This document shows, piece by piece, positions 22,828 through 35,400 of a DNA stretch of 64,000 nt (its first letter is position 1; each line of letters opens with the position of its first letter). The translations under genes and the position numbers were made by a program. The notes under the pieces are model-generated. The model was not told the DNA's origin, made no database searches, and saw only the letters and a program-made list of their open reading frames with translations. This DNA is from Heteronotia binoei (Eukaryota): assembly GCF_032191835.1 (NCBI RefSeq), contig NC_083230.1:133114001-133178000 (forward strand), given 5' to 3'.

Positions 22828-25800
22828 ACGTGGTCAGATTGGCTGAGCTGCAGTATGGAGCCATCTTCCAGAAGAAATGAGATGGAAGCAATCTTTTTTG
22901 TTTTATTTTGCAGCTGCATTAGCTTGTCTCTCCAGTGATACTGCTGGGCCCAGTGCAGTCTAGGCTCTGCAGGACGGACGTGCTGGCTGGCCAGGTGTCT
23001 GCATCCTGCCTTGTGGGGGAAGCCTCAGCTTTAGGGCACTTCTGGAGGCAGCATGTCAAAAACTGACATGGGGCTGATCTCCCCACACACACACACCCCT
23101 TTGATTTTCAGCTGCATGTCGAGCAGCTTGAGATACTCCAAGGTGCAGAACAGGAACAAGGGGATCCTGGCACGTCACTTGGGCACCTTGCAGGCCAGCG
23201 GGTGGAGGCTGTCATGCGCCTGCTTCCGCCCCCCCCCCCTCCGCCCTCTGTGTTCTGTCGCTCCACACCCACACAGCTGTCCTGTCCGCCTGAATCACAC
23301 CTAACGTTCAGCGGTTGTGATTAAATTCCAAATGACATCCTGGTGCCATAACAAGAAGTTTGGGGTTCAAAGTCCGAGCAAGTCCTTGTTTCCAACACCT
23401 GGTCATTGCTTGACCCCCTCAGCTGGCCAGATATTTCAGAGCTGACCCGACGGGCCCATAAACAGGACACATTGTGCAGGGGACTGCAGGGGTATCTCCT
23501 GTTCACAGCACCAACTGTAGAATCCACACAAATATACTTAGAGGTTTTATTATTAAATGCAATTTCATCTCACAGTCCCACGATTCCCAAGGTGGCGAAG
23601 GACAAATGTAATAAAGCCCCCCACGCCCACCGCTAGCAGCAGCAACATGAACACAGCAGAAGCCACCAGGAGAGGCTGTTTGGCAGTCAAAAGAAGAGGG
23701 GAGAAACGGCATGCAGGTCATGGAGTGTTCATGACGGCCCAGCAGGACAGCTCTGTCGGGGGGGGGGGGGGTTGCCCTGTGCAGGTGTGGGCAGTTCCCC
23801 GCAAAGGCAGTGCCCCATTGCTCAGACACACGGGGCGGGGGGAGCTTTCCAGCCACTCGCTGCTCTCTCTCTCACTCGTGCCAGGCCCAGCACCGCAGAG
23901 GGGAACATTTGTGCCCCAGCAGCCCAGGCCCAAAGCCCCTGCTTGGCAGAGGTGCCAAGGGAGCTCGTGACCAGTCTCCTCAGATCCAGTCGTGCATCGA
24001 TGCCCTGGGGGCTGCTCTAGCTGAGGCTCTGCTACTCTAGGGAGGCTGGGCTCAGGGGGGAAGCATCTGCTGCAAGCACTGGCGGGCTGAGACCCAGTGG
24101 AACGGTGCCCGTGGGAAAGAGGCAGCCTTTTGCCCAGGCCTGCCTGCCCGCCCCTCTCCCTGCCTGCACAGAAGTGGGGAGTGTGGCACGCAAAGGAGCC
24201 CACGGGCCATTTCCCCTCCATTGCTGGAAACGGCCTCTGACACCACTGCTGTGGCACAGCCTTAGCACGATGCCTTTCTTAAGCACTGTCCATCCAAATG
24301 CTCCCTGCAAACTCAACAGAGATGGTGCACGGCCTGGCCACCTCCTCGGACTGCCAGTGTTGATGGAGGCTGGAGACAAGTGGAGATGCCGGTGGGTGCA
24401 TGGACCTGAGGCCCCAAGGAAGCATTTCACATGCTCCTCTAGTGCAGCTCCCTCCCCAATGCCGGGTCAGCCATCTTCAGGGGAAGGAGAAACCTTCTCA
24501 GCACCCTGGATGGCAAAGCAGGCAGCCCACGGGGTGGGGAGGGGAGCACCAGCCGATTCACACCTGAATGTGGCTCAGGATGAGGGAGGGAGCCGTGTGT
24601 GTGAATGAGGCAAGCCCTGCTCAAAGGAAGGGAAACCCTGTGCAGGAGAAAGGTTAACGGAAGATGTCCAGTAGACAGTCTTTGTCCCTTCAAGGAAAGC
24701 ACATTTCCATAAAATACCAATGGCATTTAATGTCCCAAATTAAATCGGGTGTATTCTGCTCTCTGTGGGAAATGCAGCCATAGCAGATTTCAAGCATGTT
24801 TGGGAAGTGCTCAGTAGTGCGGAAATGTCAGGAAAATGCTCTCTCTGAAATGACCAAGTAATTCCAAACACCGCAAGGGCCGCTGGCCATCCCATTCAGA
24901 AAATTCATAACTGATCTTTTGATTACAGCAAAAATGTTACTTGGCACAGAACCAGTTAAAGACGGAAAGCCTGACGATTCGATCCTGGCTAAACAAGTCT
25001 GCAAGAAGACAGCGACATTGTCGACTCTGCCTGGATGGATTCAGCTGAGCCATTGAGCCTACCTTTCTAAGAGCTGCAACCCTTTTACTGAATAGCAGGG
25101 AAAAGAACAATGTTTAGATCTATTCAGCTGTGCTTTCTGGAAAAGAATGCAGAATAGAAGGAAGCAACGAGTGGTAGAAGAATGTGGGGCAGATGGCTTG
25201 TTCGTACAACGAATATGCAGCATTTAGCTTCTGCTGTGTTCTGTACAGGATGTGTGTTCTGATTTATTTACCACTGGCTTGGCTTGCTGAAGCTCATGTC
25301 CTCATGCCCATCATGAGAAAGTCCAACTGGTGCAGCACATCTTGACATGGCTTCTGCTGTTGGGTCACTTCCTGGGAGACTGCCCCTTCACACACACACA
25401 CACACACACACACAGCCCATCCAGTTGCAGGAAAGCTCCTTCAGGGCAGCTGCTGGCTGGAAGGTGTCAGCTCCCCCCCCCTCCAAAGTCTGCATCCAAG
25501 CACAAGGTTTGGGGAGCAGATGGGCGGCACCACTGCTGCCCAGATCTGCTCTCCACAAGAGGCCGGCCTCTGGACACCCAACCAGCTCTTCTCCGCATCC
25601 CTTTCAGTGGGAGGGTGACACAGCGCTCCCCCCCCCCCGAAGTCTGCATGTGAAGCCTCCGTCCTGAGCCAGTGCAGCAGGACAGAAATGGTTCCACAAA
25701 TAGGTAGAGCGGCAGAGGAGCAAAGGGCCCTCTCCTCTTCCTAGAAAGAGGTGCCAGCTCTCAAGCTCCCCTACCCCCCCCCCACTGGGACCGCCTCCAG

Positions 25801-26484
25801 GGCTTCCACCCAGTCTGATCTGCAGGCGGCTGAGGAAACAGCCCCTCCACCCCACCCAGGCAACGCTCCTCAGATCCAAAGCCTCTGAGAAGCAGCCCCG
25901 CATTCTCCTCAGCCTCTGGCCTTCACTGCATCAACCTGCTCGGGCTGCTGGGAGCAGGAAAGGCAGGCCCACCCCCCCATCCCCCCCCCCCTTTGCCTCC
26001 AGAGCCCTCCTGCCCCCAAAGGCCTCAGGGCCTCCCTCTGACTCCCTGACGTTGCTGCGGAGGCTTCCTGGACAGCTGAGACCCCTCCTGAGGATGGGCC
26101 GTGCCTGGTCCGTGGAAGCCCCGCCATCTCCTGCAGGGCAGCCACAACACAGCAAGCCCCCTGGCCCCCCAAGGGTATCCTGCAACTCCTGCCTTAGGCT
26201 CCAGGGGGGGCTGCTTCTTGGGACACTTGGCTGTGGTTCAAGGGAGGCAAAACACAACACAGCAGAAAGGCCTCCTGGACTCTGCCTTTACTCCTTGGGC
26301 TCTGCAGAACGGGAGGAGGAGGGCCCAATGACTGCAAGGGGGCTTGTCCAGAACAGCTGCCTGGGGGGGGGGTCTGCAAGCCCCTCCTCAGCCCAACAGA
26401 CAGAAGCCCCAGGCCCAGTGTGGGCGGTGCATCGCAGGCAGGCAGACTTCCCCACGAGCCCCCGCAGGCCAGGCTGCAGACTGC

Positions 26485-29400
26485 TCACTGCGGACACAGG
26501 AGCGCCCGGAGATCCTCGGGCAGGGACCCAATGATGGTGGCGATGAACTGGCTCACGTGCTGGAGGGCCTCTCCCTTCACAGGCAGGTGGTGGTGCCTGG
26601 CTTGTGCCTGCAAGGGGAGACCAAAGGCCCGTTCAGAACACCCACCCCTCGCTCCATCCCAGGGCTTGCAAGCAGCCCCGGAACAGGGCCCACCCAGGGT
26701 GCCTTCACCAGGGGGCCGCGGCTGCCCCCCTTCCCTGCAGGCAGGTGCATCCCCGCGCAAGCCTTGCCAAGGAGCAGGTGTGGCTCAGCAGCCCCCGGCC
26801 TTGGCGCACAGGAGCAAAGGAAACCGAGCTGAAGCCGGAACCCTCCACCTTTCTCCCTCTGGGCATCAGGACTCCCAGAAGGCCACGGGGCCAGGAAGCG
26901 CTTTGTGGTTTCCTTGCTCATGGATCACAGACTCTCCAGGGTCTCTATCTTGGCAGTGTTCTCTTTACTTATTATTCCTATTTGTTATGTTATTATCCTG
27001 GTTGCTCATTTGATCCCTATAGCCATACTCCTTAGCATGGAATCCCCACGTTTATTATTCATCGCTCATCATCATGCAGCCCGGCTTTAGTTTGGAGTTT
27101 AACCTCGTGAGCTACAGGAGAGGCCTTCAAACAAACGTTCTCTCCAGGGGTGCTGTTCTCTGGTATCCCTGGGGCTGGACAGCTCCTACCCCTGGGAGGA
27201 ACCCGAGGCCATGTAAAGGGCAGCTGAGAACGGTTCTGCCTGTATATAACTATGTCCCTTGCGGCCAGGATCTCCTTGCGGGGGAGTGTTTGCTGCTGAT
27301 CTTTTCCTGCAGTCATCCGAGGAGCCTCCTTGACTGGATCTGGGCAGAAGCTCCAGAGGGGGAGGCAGAGCTTGGCTGGAGGCCCCCTGGAGCCCTCACA
27401 CTGCCCCTGGACCGGACCATATTGCACGGGGGGAGGGGGGAGTAGTGTCTGCACACCTGACATTTATCCCAAGTGCTCCTGAAGTGGCTCTTTGGCTCCC
27501 CCCTTGAACGCAGTCCTGCCCGGCAGCTCCTCGCCGTTTCCCCCCAGGGGGCAGCCTGGAGTGGGACTCTACAGGAAAAGGCTTCCTTGGTTCTGCCGTC
27601 AACTGGGCTGTGGGATCTCGCCTCCTAACTCTGCCCCACTCCTTCCGTGGGGCCACCAGCCTGTGGCAAGTGGATCTCCCCATGGGCAGCAGGATGGAGC
27701 CTCAATGGCTGGATCCCATGAGCACAGCTCTGGCCGATCAAGCTCCCCGTCCTGTGGGTGGGGGGAGGCAGCTTACCAGCTTCTCGCGGAGTTTCAGCAC
27801 CAGGTCGACCACCTCCACCTCAGACTTGTGCTTCACCCAGGCCCCGATGTTCTGCAGGAAGAGCAGTCCGCTCAGAAGGAAGGAAGAGAAGCTGCCCCCT
27901 GCCTCATCCCAAGACTGGGGGTGGGGCAGGCAGTGTGGGGCCACATCAGAGACCATTCCCCCGATACTCCGTCAAGATCCCCATCTTGCATGGCCAGCTT
28001 CAAGAGGGGACAGGATCAGAGGTCCATCAGTGGCCATTAGTCACAGCATATTGTTGGAACTCTGTCTGGGGCAGTGATGCTCTGTATTCTGGGTGCTTGG
28101 GAGGGGCACAGTGAGAGGGCTTCTAGCCCCACTGATGGACCTCTTGATGTCACTTGGGGTTTTTGGCCACTGTGACTGGCTTGATCCAACATGGCTTCTC
28201 TTCTTCTCATACCTCTGCAAGCCCAGCTCTTTCCACAAGAGGAAACCAGAGACCCTGAGGATGGCCTTGTCAAGGCAAAGGTGGGCATGGGAATCCCAGG
28301 ACAATGAAAGAGGGTCATGCAGGGCTGCTCAGCCCCCCACCCCCTGCTGCAGAAAGACCCGCCTCTTTCTCCGAGCAGAAGCCAGCCAGGGGAGGAAGGA
28401 GGGATCAGAGTGGCGGCGACAGGACAGGCCCCTTGCCCCCTCTCTGCCAGGACCAGTGGGCCCCGCAAGGACTGGATGCCACCCTCCCTGCCCCACACCC
28501 CCCTGGCCCCATTGCAGGCTCTGCTGCTTCCCCACGTACTGCCTCCGAGATCGCCTCCAAGTGCAGCGCCTCCAGCTTGTGAGCCATCTCCTTGTGTCTC
28601 TGGCGGTACCAGCCATCAAAGTTGGGGGACCTGAAGAATCGCCTGTCCGGGGGAGCGGGGGGAAGAGAGGTGTCAGCTGGAAGAGGCCGGGCGGCAGAGA
28701 GAGGGCCCCACAGCCAGAAGCCATCCTCCTCTGCACAGTTGCCAGCCTGAATCAGCTGCGCAGAAGGCAAGAGGCTGTTCCCATAACGATGTGGCCACTG
28801 GGCAGAGAGCTCCAGCCCCACAACTGCAGCCAACTGCGATTCACTAGAAGCATGGGAGGAAGGGATGCCTCCCCCAGACATCCTGTTCCCGCATCACCAG
28901 GGAGCAGCGGAGAGCTGTGAGTCTGTTGCTAGGAAGGCGAGAAAAGCAGAAGAGCGCCTGTGGCAGGGGTGGCCAAACTGCCGCTTGGGAGCCACATGTG
29001 GCTCTTCACATGTATTGCGTGGCTCCTGAAGCTCCCACCGTCGGCCAGTTTGGAGAAGACATTTGTCTTTTTAATCACTTTGCCAAGCCAGCCAGTTAAA
29101 ACTGCTTTCTTCCCACCTCTCCNNNNNNNNNNNNNNNNNNNNNNNNNNNNNNNNNNNNNNNNNNNNNNNNNNNNNNNNNNNNNNNNNNNNNNNNNNNNNN
29201 NNNNNNNNNNNNNNNNNNNNNNNNNNNNNNNNNNNNNNNNNNNNNNNNNNNNNNNNNNNNNNNNNNNNNNNNNNNNNNNAAACATCTGACGTTTATTCTA
29301 AATGGCTCTTCCAGTAAGCAAGTCCTGTTGCAATGTCCCTGCTGCCGGTTGTGGAGTAGCTGCCTCTGGAGCACCACGGATGCTCCTGGTTGCCTCGTCT

Positions 29401-32400
29401 CCGAAAGAGTCAGAAGAAGTGTGAAACAATCAAGGGCAGGATCCAGAAGACCCCAGGGCCTCCTTTCAGTCTGGAGATGATATTGGCAGGTGGGGGGTGG
29501 AGAGAGAGATGAAACCGCCCCTGGCAGGCATAAAGGGCTCTTCCTGCATGTGCCACAGAGGGAGGGGCAGCATCCAGGGGAGCTGGTGGGCAGGAGGTTC
29601 AGGCCAAAGAGAAGGATGTTCTGCTTCTGCACACGGCCGCAGCCTAGGGGATTTGTCCCCACAGAATGCCGGGGTGGTTACCTTCAAAAAGGGAGCTGCC
29701 AAAAAGAGAGCCAGTTTGGTGTAGTGCTTAAAGTGTGCGGACTCTTATCTGGGAGAACCGGGTTTGATTCCCCACTCCTCCACTTGCATCTGCTGCCATG
29801 GCCTTGGGTCAGCCATAGCTCTGGCAGAGGTTGTCCTTGAAAGGGCAGCTGCTGTGAGAGCTCTCTCCAGCCCCACCCACCTCACAGGGTGTTTGTTGTG
29901 GGGGAGGAAGGTAAAGGAGATTGTGAGCCGCTCTGAGACTCTTCGGAGTGGAGGGCGGGATATAAATCCAATATCTTCTTCTTCTTCATGGAGAAGAAGC
30001 CTGTCCTTGGCTCCTAGGCATGGTGGCTCAATGGAACCCCTGAAGACTGACGGCTGGGAGGTGGCTGTGGTCTCTGCCACTGGGTGGCCCCACCTGCATC
30101 AGGACGGGGCTCACCTGCCCTGCAGAGCTTGTCTGAAGGTCTGAGAGGAGGGAAGAGATCTTGGGATCAGGAAGGGCAGGATCAGTTCAGGGGGTTCCAC
30201 CAGATGGGGCCACAGACTACCTGAAGGGTCACCAGACAAAGGGTGGAAAGGAGAGCGGGCAGCAGGGGCATTCCTGGCGTGTACAAAGGGACAAGGGCAT
30301 CTCCCTTGGGATGGCTGCTTGCCCAACCTCTCCCAGGAATTGGGTGATACCAAATGGAAATGTAGCAACGTAAGCAGAACCCTGCTGGATCAGGCCAGCG
30401 GTCCATCTAGTTCTGCCTCCTGTTTCCCACCACAGCCAACCAGCTAACCTGGGGGGGGGCAGCAACAGGGCATGGAGGCCCAGGACTTCCCTTGATGGGC
30501 GCGGAGGCCCAGGGCTTCCCTTGATGGGCGCGGAGGCCCAGGGCTTCCCTTGATGGGCGCGGAGGCCCAGGGCTTCCCTTGATGGGCGCGGAGGCCCAGG
30601 GCTTCCCTTGATGGGCGCGGAGGCCCAGGGCTTCCCTTGATGGGCGCGGAGGCCCAGGGCTTCCTTTGATGGGCGCGGAGGCCCAGGGCTTCCCTTGATG
30701 GGCGCGGAGGCCCAGGGGTTTCCCATGATGCTGCCGCCTCCAAGCGATGGGAGTCCAGCGTTTACTGCCTCTGAGTGAGGAGGTTCCTCTCGTGACCACT
30801 AACGGACGTATTCTCCATGAATTGGTCCAGCCCCCTTTAAAGGTATCCATCATGCCCACTGGAAATCCCATAACTGGCATTAAGTAAGATTTATTTTAGT
30901 CTGTTCTGTGCCTGTTGGCCAAGAACTCCATCAGGTGCCCTCAAGTCCTGGTGTTATGGGGGAGAGAGAGCCCCCTCTATCCACCCCATGTATGATGTTA
31001 TAAACCCCAGGGTGTCTTCCCCTTGCCTTCTTTACCCCATGATGTCAAAGGTCTGAGTCTCTTCAGCCTTTCCTTACAGGAAAGAGGCTCTGTGCCCCTG
31101 GTTGCCCCTTTCTGAACTCTACCCAGCTCTGCAATGTCCTCTGCAAAGATACCATGACCAGAAGTGCACAGAATCTTCCACACGAGGCCTCAGCAGAGCT
31201 CCATCTGGGCAGGACAATACGGGCCCTTTTGCAGCCAATCCCTTTCTTAATAATTCCAATTACGGAGTGTGCCTTTTTCACTGCTGCCACACACTGAGCT
31301 GATGTTTTCATCAAACAATCCACCACAACCCTGAGACGCTTCTCGTGGGGTTTTCCAGTCTCCAGGGAAGCCAGCTGCACAAGGCCAGAAAGTCCATTCC
31401 CTTCACAGAATGTTCCTGGCCTCTGGGAGTAACTCCCCACCCCCCGACATGACTGCTTTTGTTCCAGCGGGTAAAACAAGGTCCATGTTTAGCAGCCGGC
31501 CTCGAGCCCTGCTGAGAAGCAAGCCAGGACTGTCTCACCCCCGGCTAGGCTTGCCAATCCCCAGGTCCCAGCGAGGGTTCTTCCGCTTTCCCAGGCTCCT
31601 TCCTGCCCCCAGTCAGCTGGCCAGCGGGGGGAAGCCCCGCCCCCAAGCCACCATGTGATTTCCCCCCCCCCCGAGGCTTCCTCTTGGGATGGGTGTCTGT
31701 GTTACTTGTAAGAAGTTGAGTAGAGAGGCCAATCCCTCCCTTCAAAGTCACCAGAAAACGGGGGGGGGGGGAGGAATGTCTGCTGAGCACTTCATTATTC
31801 CTATGTGGAGATCGATTCTCATAGGGTATAATGGGGAATTGATCTGGAGGTTTTGGGGGCTCTGGGGGAGCTGTTTTTTGAGGTAGGGGCAACAAATTTT
31901 CAGTATAGCATCTAGTGCCTCTCCCCAAAGTACCCCCCAAGTTTCAAACGATTGGACCAGGGGGTCCAATTCTATGAGCCCAAAAGAAGGTGCCCCTAGC
32001 CTTCATTATTTCCTATGGAAGGGAGACATTTAAAAGGTGTGCTGTCCCTTTAAATGTGATGGCCAGAACTCCCTTGGAGTTCAATTATGCTTGTCACACC
32101 CTTGTTCCTGGCTCCACCCCCAATGTCTCCCGGCTCCGCCCCAAAGTCTCCTGGCTCCACCCCCAAAGTCCCCAGATATTTCTTGAATTGGACTTGGCAA
32201 CCCTACCCCCGGCTCTTCCTGCTGCTCAGAGACCTCACGAGATCCCCCCCCCCGCTCCCGCCTGACCCCTGGAGAGGCGGAAGGCCAGGAGGGCTGCACG
32301 ACCCCCAGCTGGTGCTGAGCAACAGGCTCTGGGCCTACCTGTAGAGGCCCATCCAGTCCCCTTTCGTCCCACAAGTCAGCTGCGGCCCAGCCTGCTCCAG

Positions 32401-35400
32401 AGTTTTGAGGAACTCCTCCTGCCGGAAGGGGCGGATGGGAGGGGGCTTCTGTGGGAGGGAGGGAGAACAACTCTTGCAGCACGGGTGCCCCCCCCAGCCA
32501 GATCCCAGCAAGCGCCTCCACTCGCCATCTGGACTGTGTCCTGGCCCACCCCAGCCCAGGAGAAGAGAAGCCCCTGAGCTCCTGCTGCTGCTTCCCTGCA
32601 GGACCCGGAAGCACCGGGGAGTGGAAGAGCCGCCTCCAGGTCCCCCCAGCAGCCCAGAAGAGGGGGCGCCCTCACCTTCCACGGCGTGATGGCTCTCTGC
32701 AGCGGCATGAGGCTGGCCAGGTAGTGCTCCTGGGAGGAGGGAGGGAGGGGGGAGGAGAGGAGGTCAGGGCCAGCCACACAGGGAGGGGGGGCAGAACCCC
32801 CAAGGGAAGCACAAGAGCAACACACCCTTTTTGGCGGGGGGCAGGGGAGAGAGGCGATGCGGCTGGATGCCACGGGAGGGGAGGGGGGGTCTTCTTTCCC
32901 CATCTCCTCACCAGGGGGATGATGAAGCTCTGGGTGAGTTCCAGGAGGTGTCTCCTCAGCAGGGCACTCTGGGCTTCGGAGGAGCGCTTCTTGTGGATGC
33001 CCTGCAGGGGGCAGAAGAGCAAGGCGTGGGGGGGGCTCTTCTCAGGCCTGGGCCCCCCCGCCAGTGCCTGCCCACGGAGAGGAGGGAGGTGACTTCTCCC
33101 TTGTCCTGGCCCCACCTGGGTGTGGGGGGGCATGGGAGAGGCACTGCTTCTGAGATGCAGGCCTGCCCGCCTGCAGCCTTGGATGCCACACAGCACCGTG
33201 GCACAGCCGGGGCTTAGTGCTGGCACATCTCAATCAGGGGCCGCTTCTCCTTGTGACACTCGGTGCTGGAAGGGCAGGGGCATGGGGGGCCCCAGCTGCA
33301 GAGACCTGCCTGGTTCCCGCCCCCCTCGGTAAGATCCCACAGCAGGGGAGCTGGGGGGGGGTGACCTCTGAGCACTCCTCCCTTCCCTCCTTCCTTTCCA
33401 CCAAGAAGGGGCAGGGGGGTCAGAGCAGGAGCTTGGGCAAGGGAGGCAGGACACTGAAGCATGCCCCCCGCCCCCCCCCCCCCCGCCGACAGCAAGGTCA
33501 GGTGCTTTTGCTCACCTTCAGGAGTCTCTTGAGGAGGCCTTTGTCCTTGTGCAAGAAGGGTTTGTACGACGAATAAAGTCCTAGAGGCAGCGAGGAGCAA
33601 GAGACAGGGAGAAGGCAGGAGGGGGAGCCCTGCTGCCCCCTCCAAGACCGCCAGATACCACCACCACCACCACCCCTGGCACCCAAGCCCTCCCGAGGCC
33701 AGGCTAGGGGAGGCCGCAGCACCCAGGGTTCACCTGCTGGAAGCGTCTGGGGCCACCAGCAGCCCCTCCCCGGCTGGACCACCTATCTCTCCAGCCACAG
33801 GCAGGGGCCCTGCTCCAGAGGCTAGATGGGGCATGCCAAGGAAAGGGCTCCTCCGCACTGACACCCCTCCCCCCAGGAGAGGACTCCGTCTCCTTCTGTT
33901 GCTCTCGTGCCCACAGCAAAAGGCTTTCCCTTAGCACACACCCCCCCCCAGGCTTCCCACTCATTTCATGCACTGCTGCCAGAGCCGATCTGAGTATCTT
34001 CTTAACCATTTACCACTGTGGGGCTCTCACTGCACAGAAAAGAAGGATGAAACTGTTCTTAAATGCATTTGTTAAAAAAATACCCCTGCAACAGCTTCTA
34101 CCCATGTAAGGGGGGTGCGTCTGCAGAAAAAGGCACTTCCCCAGGCCGGGCTGGACCGGAAGGCTCCTCCACCTCCCGCCCCCCCCCCCCCGAGGGACGG
34201 GGAGGCATGGGAGACAGAGCCCAAGGAGGCTCTACCTGGCTTTGCATCAGCGACTTCAGCTTGGCCAGTTTCTTCACCTTCACCTGCTTGGGCAGGTCTC
34301 CTGCAGGGAAAGAGAAGCACAGGCCGTGCCCAGGGACTCCACAGGAGCTGCCCCCCCCCCCCGCTCAGCAGTCCCAAGAAGAGCCCAGCCTCCTCCTCCA
34401 AAAGCCCCCCTCCTTCCCCCCCCGGCTCTCCACCCCCCCCAGCACGCCCTTCTCAGAGGAGCCTTCCTCCCCCTCCTGCCCTTGAGCCCCCCCAGACCTT
34501 TCTGCCCCCCCGCCAAACCCCCCCTCCAGCTCCCCACCCCCCCAGCACGCCCTTCTCAGAGGAGCCTTCCTCCCCCTCCTGCCCTTGAGCCTCCCCCAGG
34601 CCTTTCTGCCCCCCGCCACACACCCCCTCCCCTCCAGCTCCCCATCCCCCCAGCACGCCCTTCTCAGAGGAGCCTTCCTCCCCCTCCTGCCCCCAGAGTC
34701 CCCCCCCACAGACCTCTCTGCCCCCCGCCACACACCCCCTCCCCTCCAGCTCCCCATCCCCCCAGCACGCCCTTCTCAGAGGAGCCTTCCTCCCCCTCCT
34801 GCCCCCAGAGTCCCCCCCCACAGACCTCTCTGCCCCCCCGCCACACACCCCCTCCCCTCCGGCTCCTCACCCCCCCAGCACGCCCTTCTCAGAGGAGCCT
34901 TCCTCCCCCTCCTGCCCCCAGAGTCCCCCCCCCAGACCTCTCTGCCACCCCCGGCCACAGACCCCCTCCCCGCCCCCCCCCAGCACGCCCTTTTCAGAGG
35001 AGCCTTCCTCCCCCTCCTGCCCCAGAGCCCCCCCCCCAGACCTCTCTGCCACCCCCGCCACAGACCCCCTCCCCCCCCTCCGGCTCCCCACCCCCCAGCA
35101 CGCCCTTCTCAGAGATTTCCTCCCCCTCCTGCCCCCAGAGTCCCCCCCCCAGACCTCTCTGCCACCCCCGGCCACAGACCCCCTCCCCCCTCCCCTCCGG
35201 CTCCCCACCCCCCCAGCACGCCCTTCTCAGAGGAGCCTTCCTCTCCCTCCTGCCCCCAAAGTCCCCCCCCAGACCTCTCTGCCACCCCCGGCTACAGACC
35301 CCCTCCCCCCCCTCCGGCTCCCCACCCCCCAGCACGCCCTTCTCAGAGATTTCCTCCCCCCTCCTGCCCCCAGAGTCCCCCCCCAGACCTCTCTGCCACC

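Noticed and set aside
21250-26480. Possible hidden gene (e.g. ARF5) between GCC1 and DENND6B
   Set aside because: No ARF motifs (GLDAAGKT, WDVGGQ, NKQD) or other coherent exon chain was recognised. The region looks like UTR or intergenic DNA with old repeats, although tiny exons could have been missed by eye.
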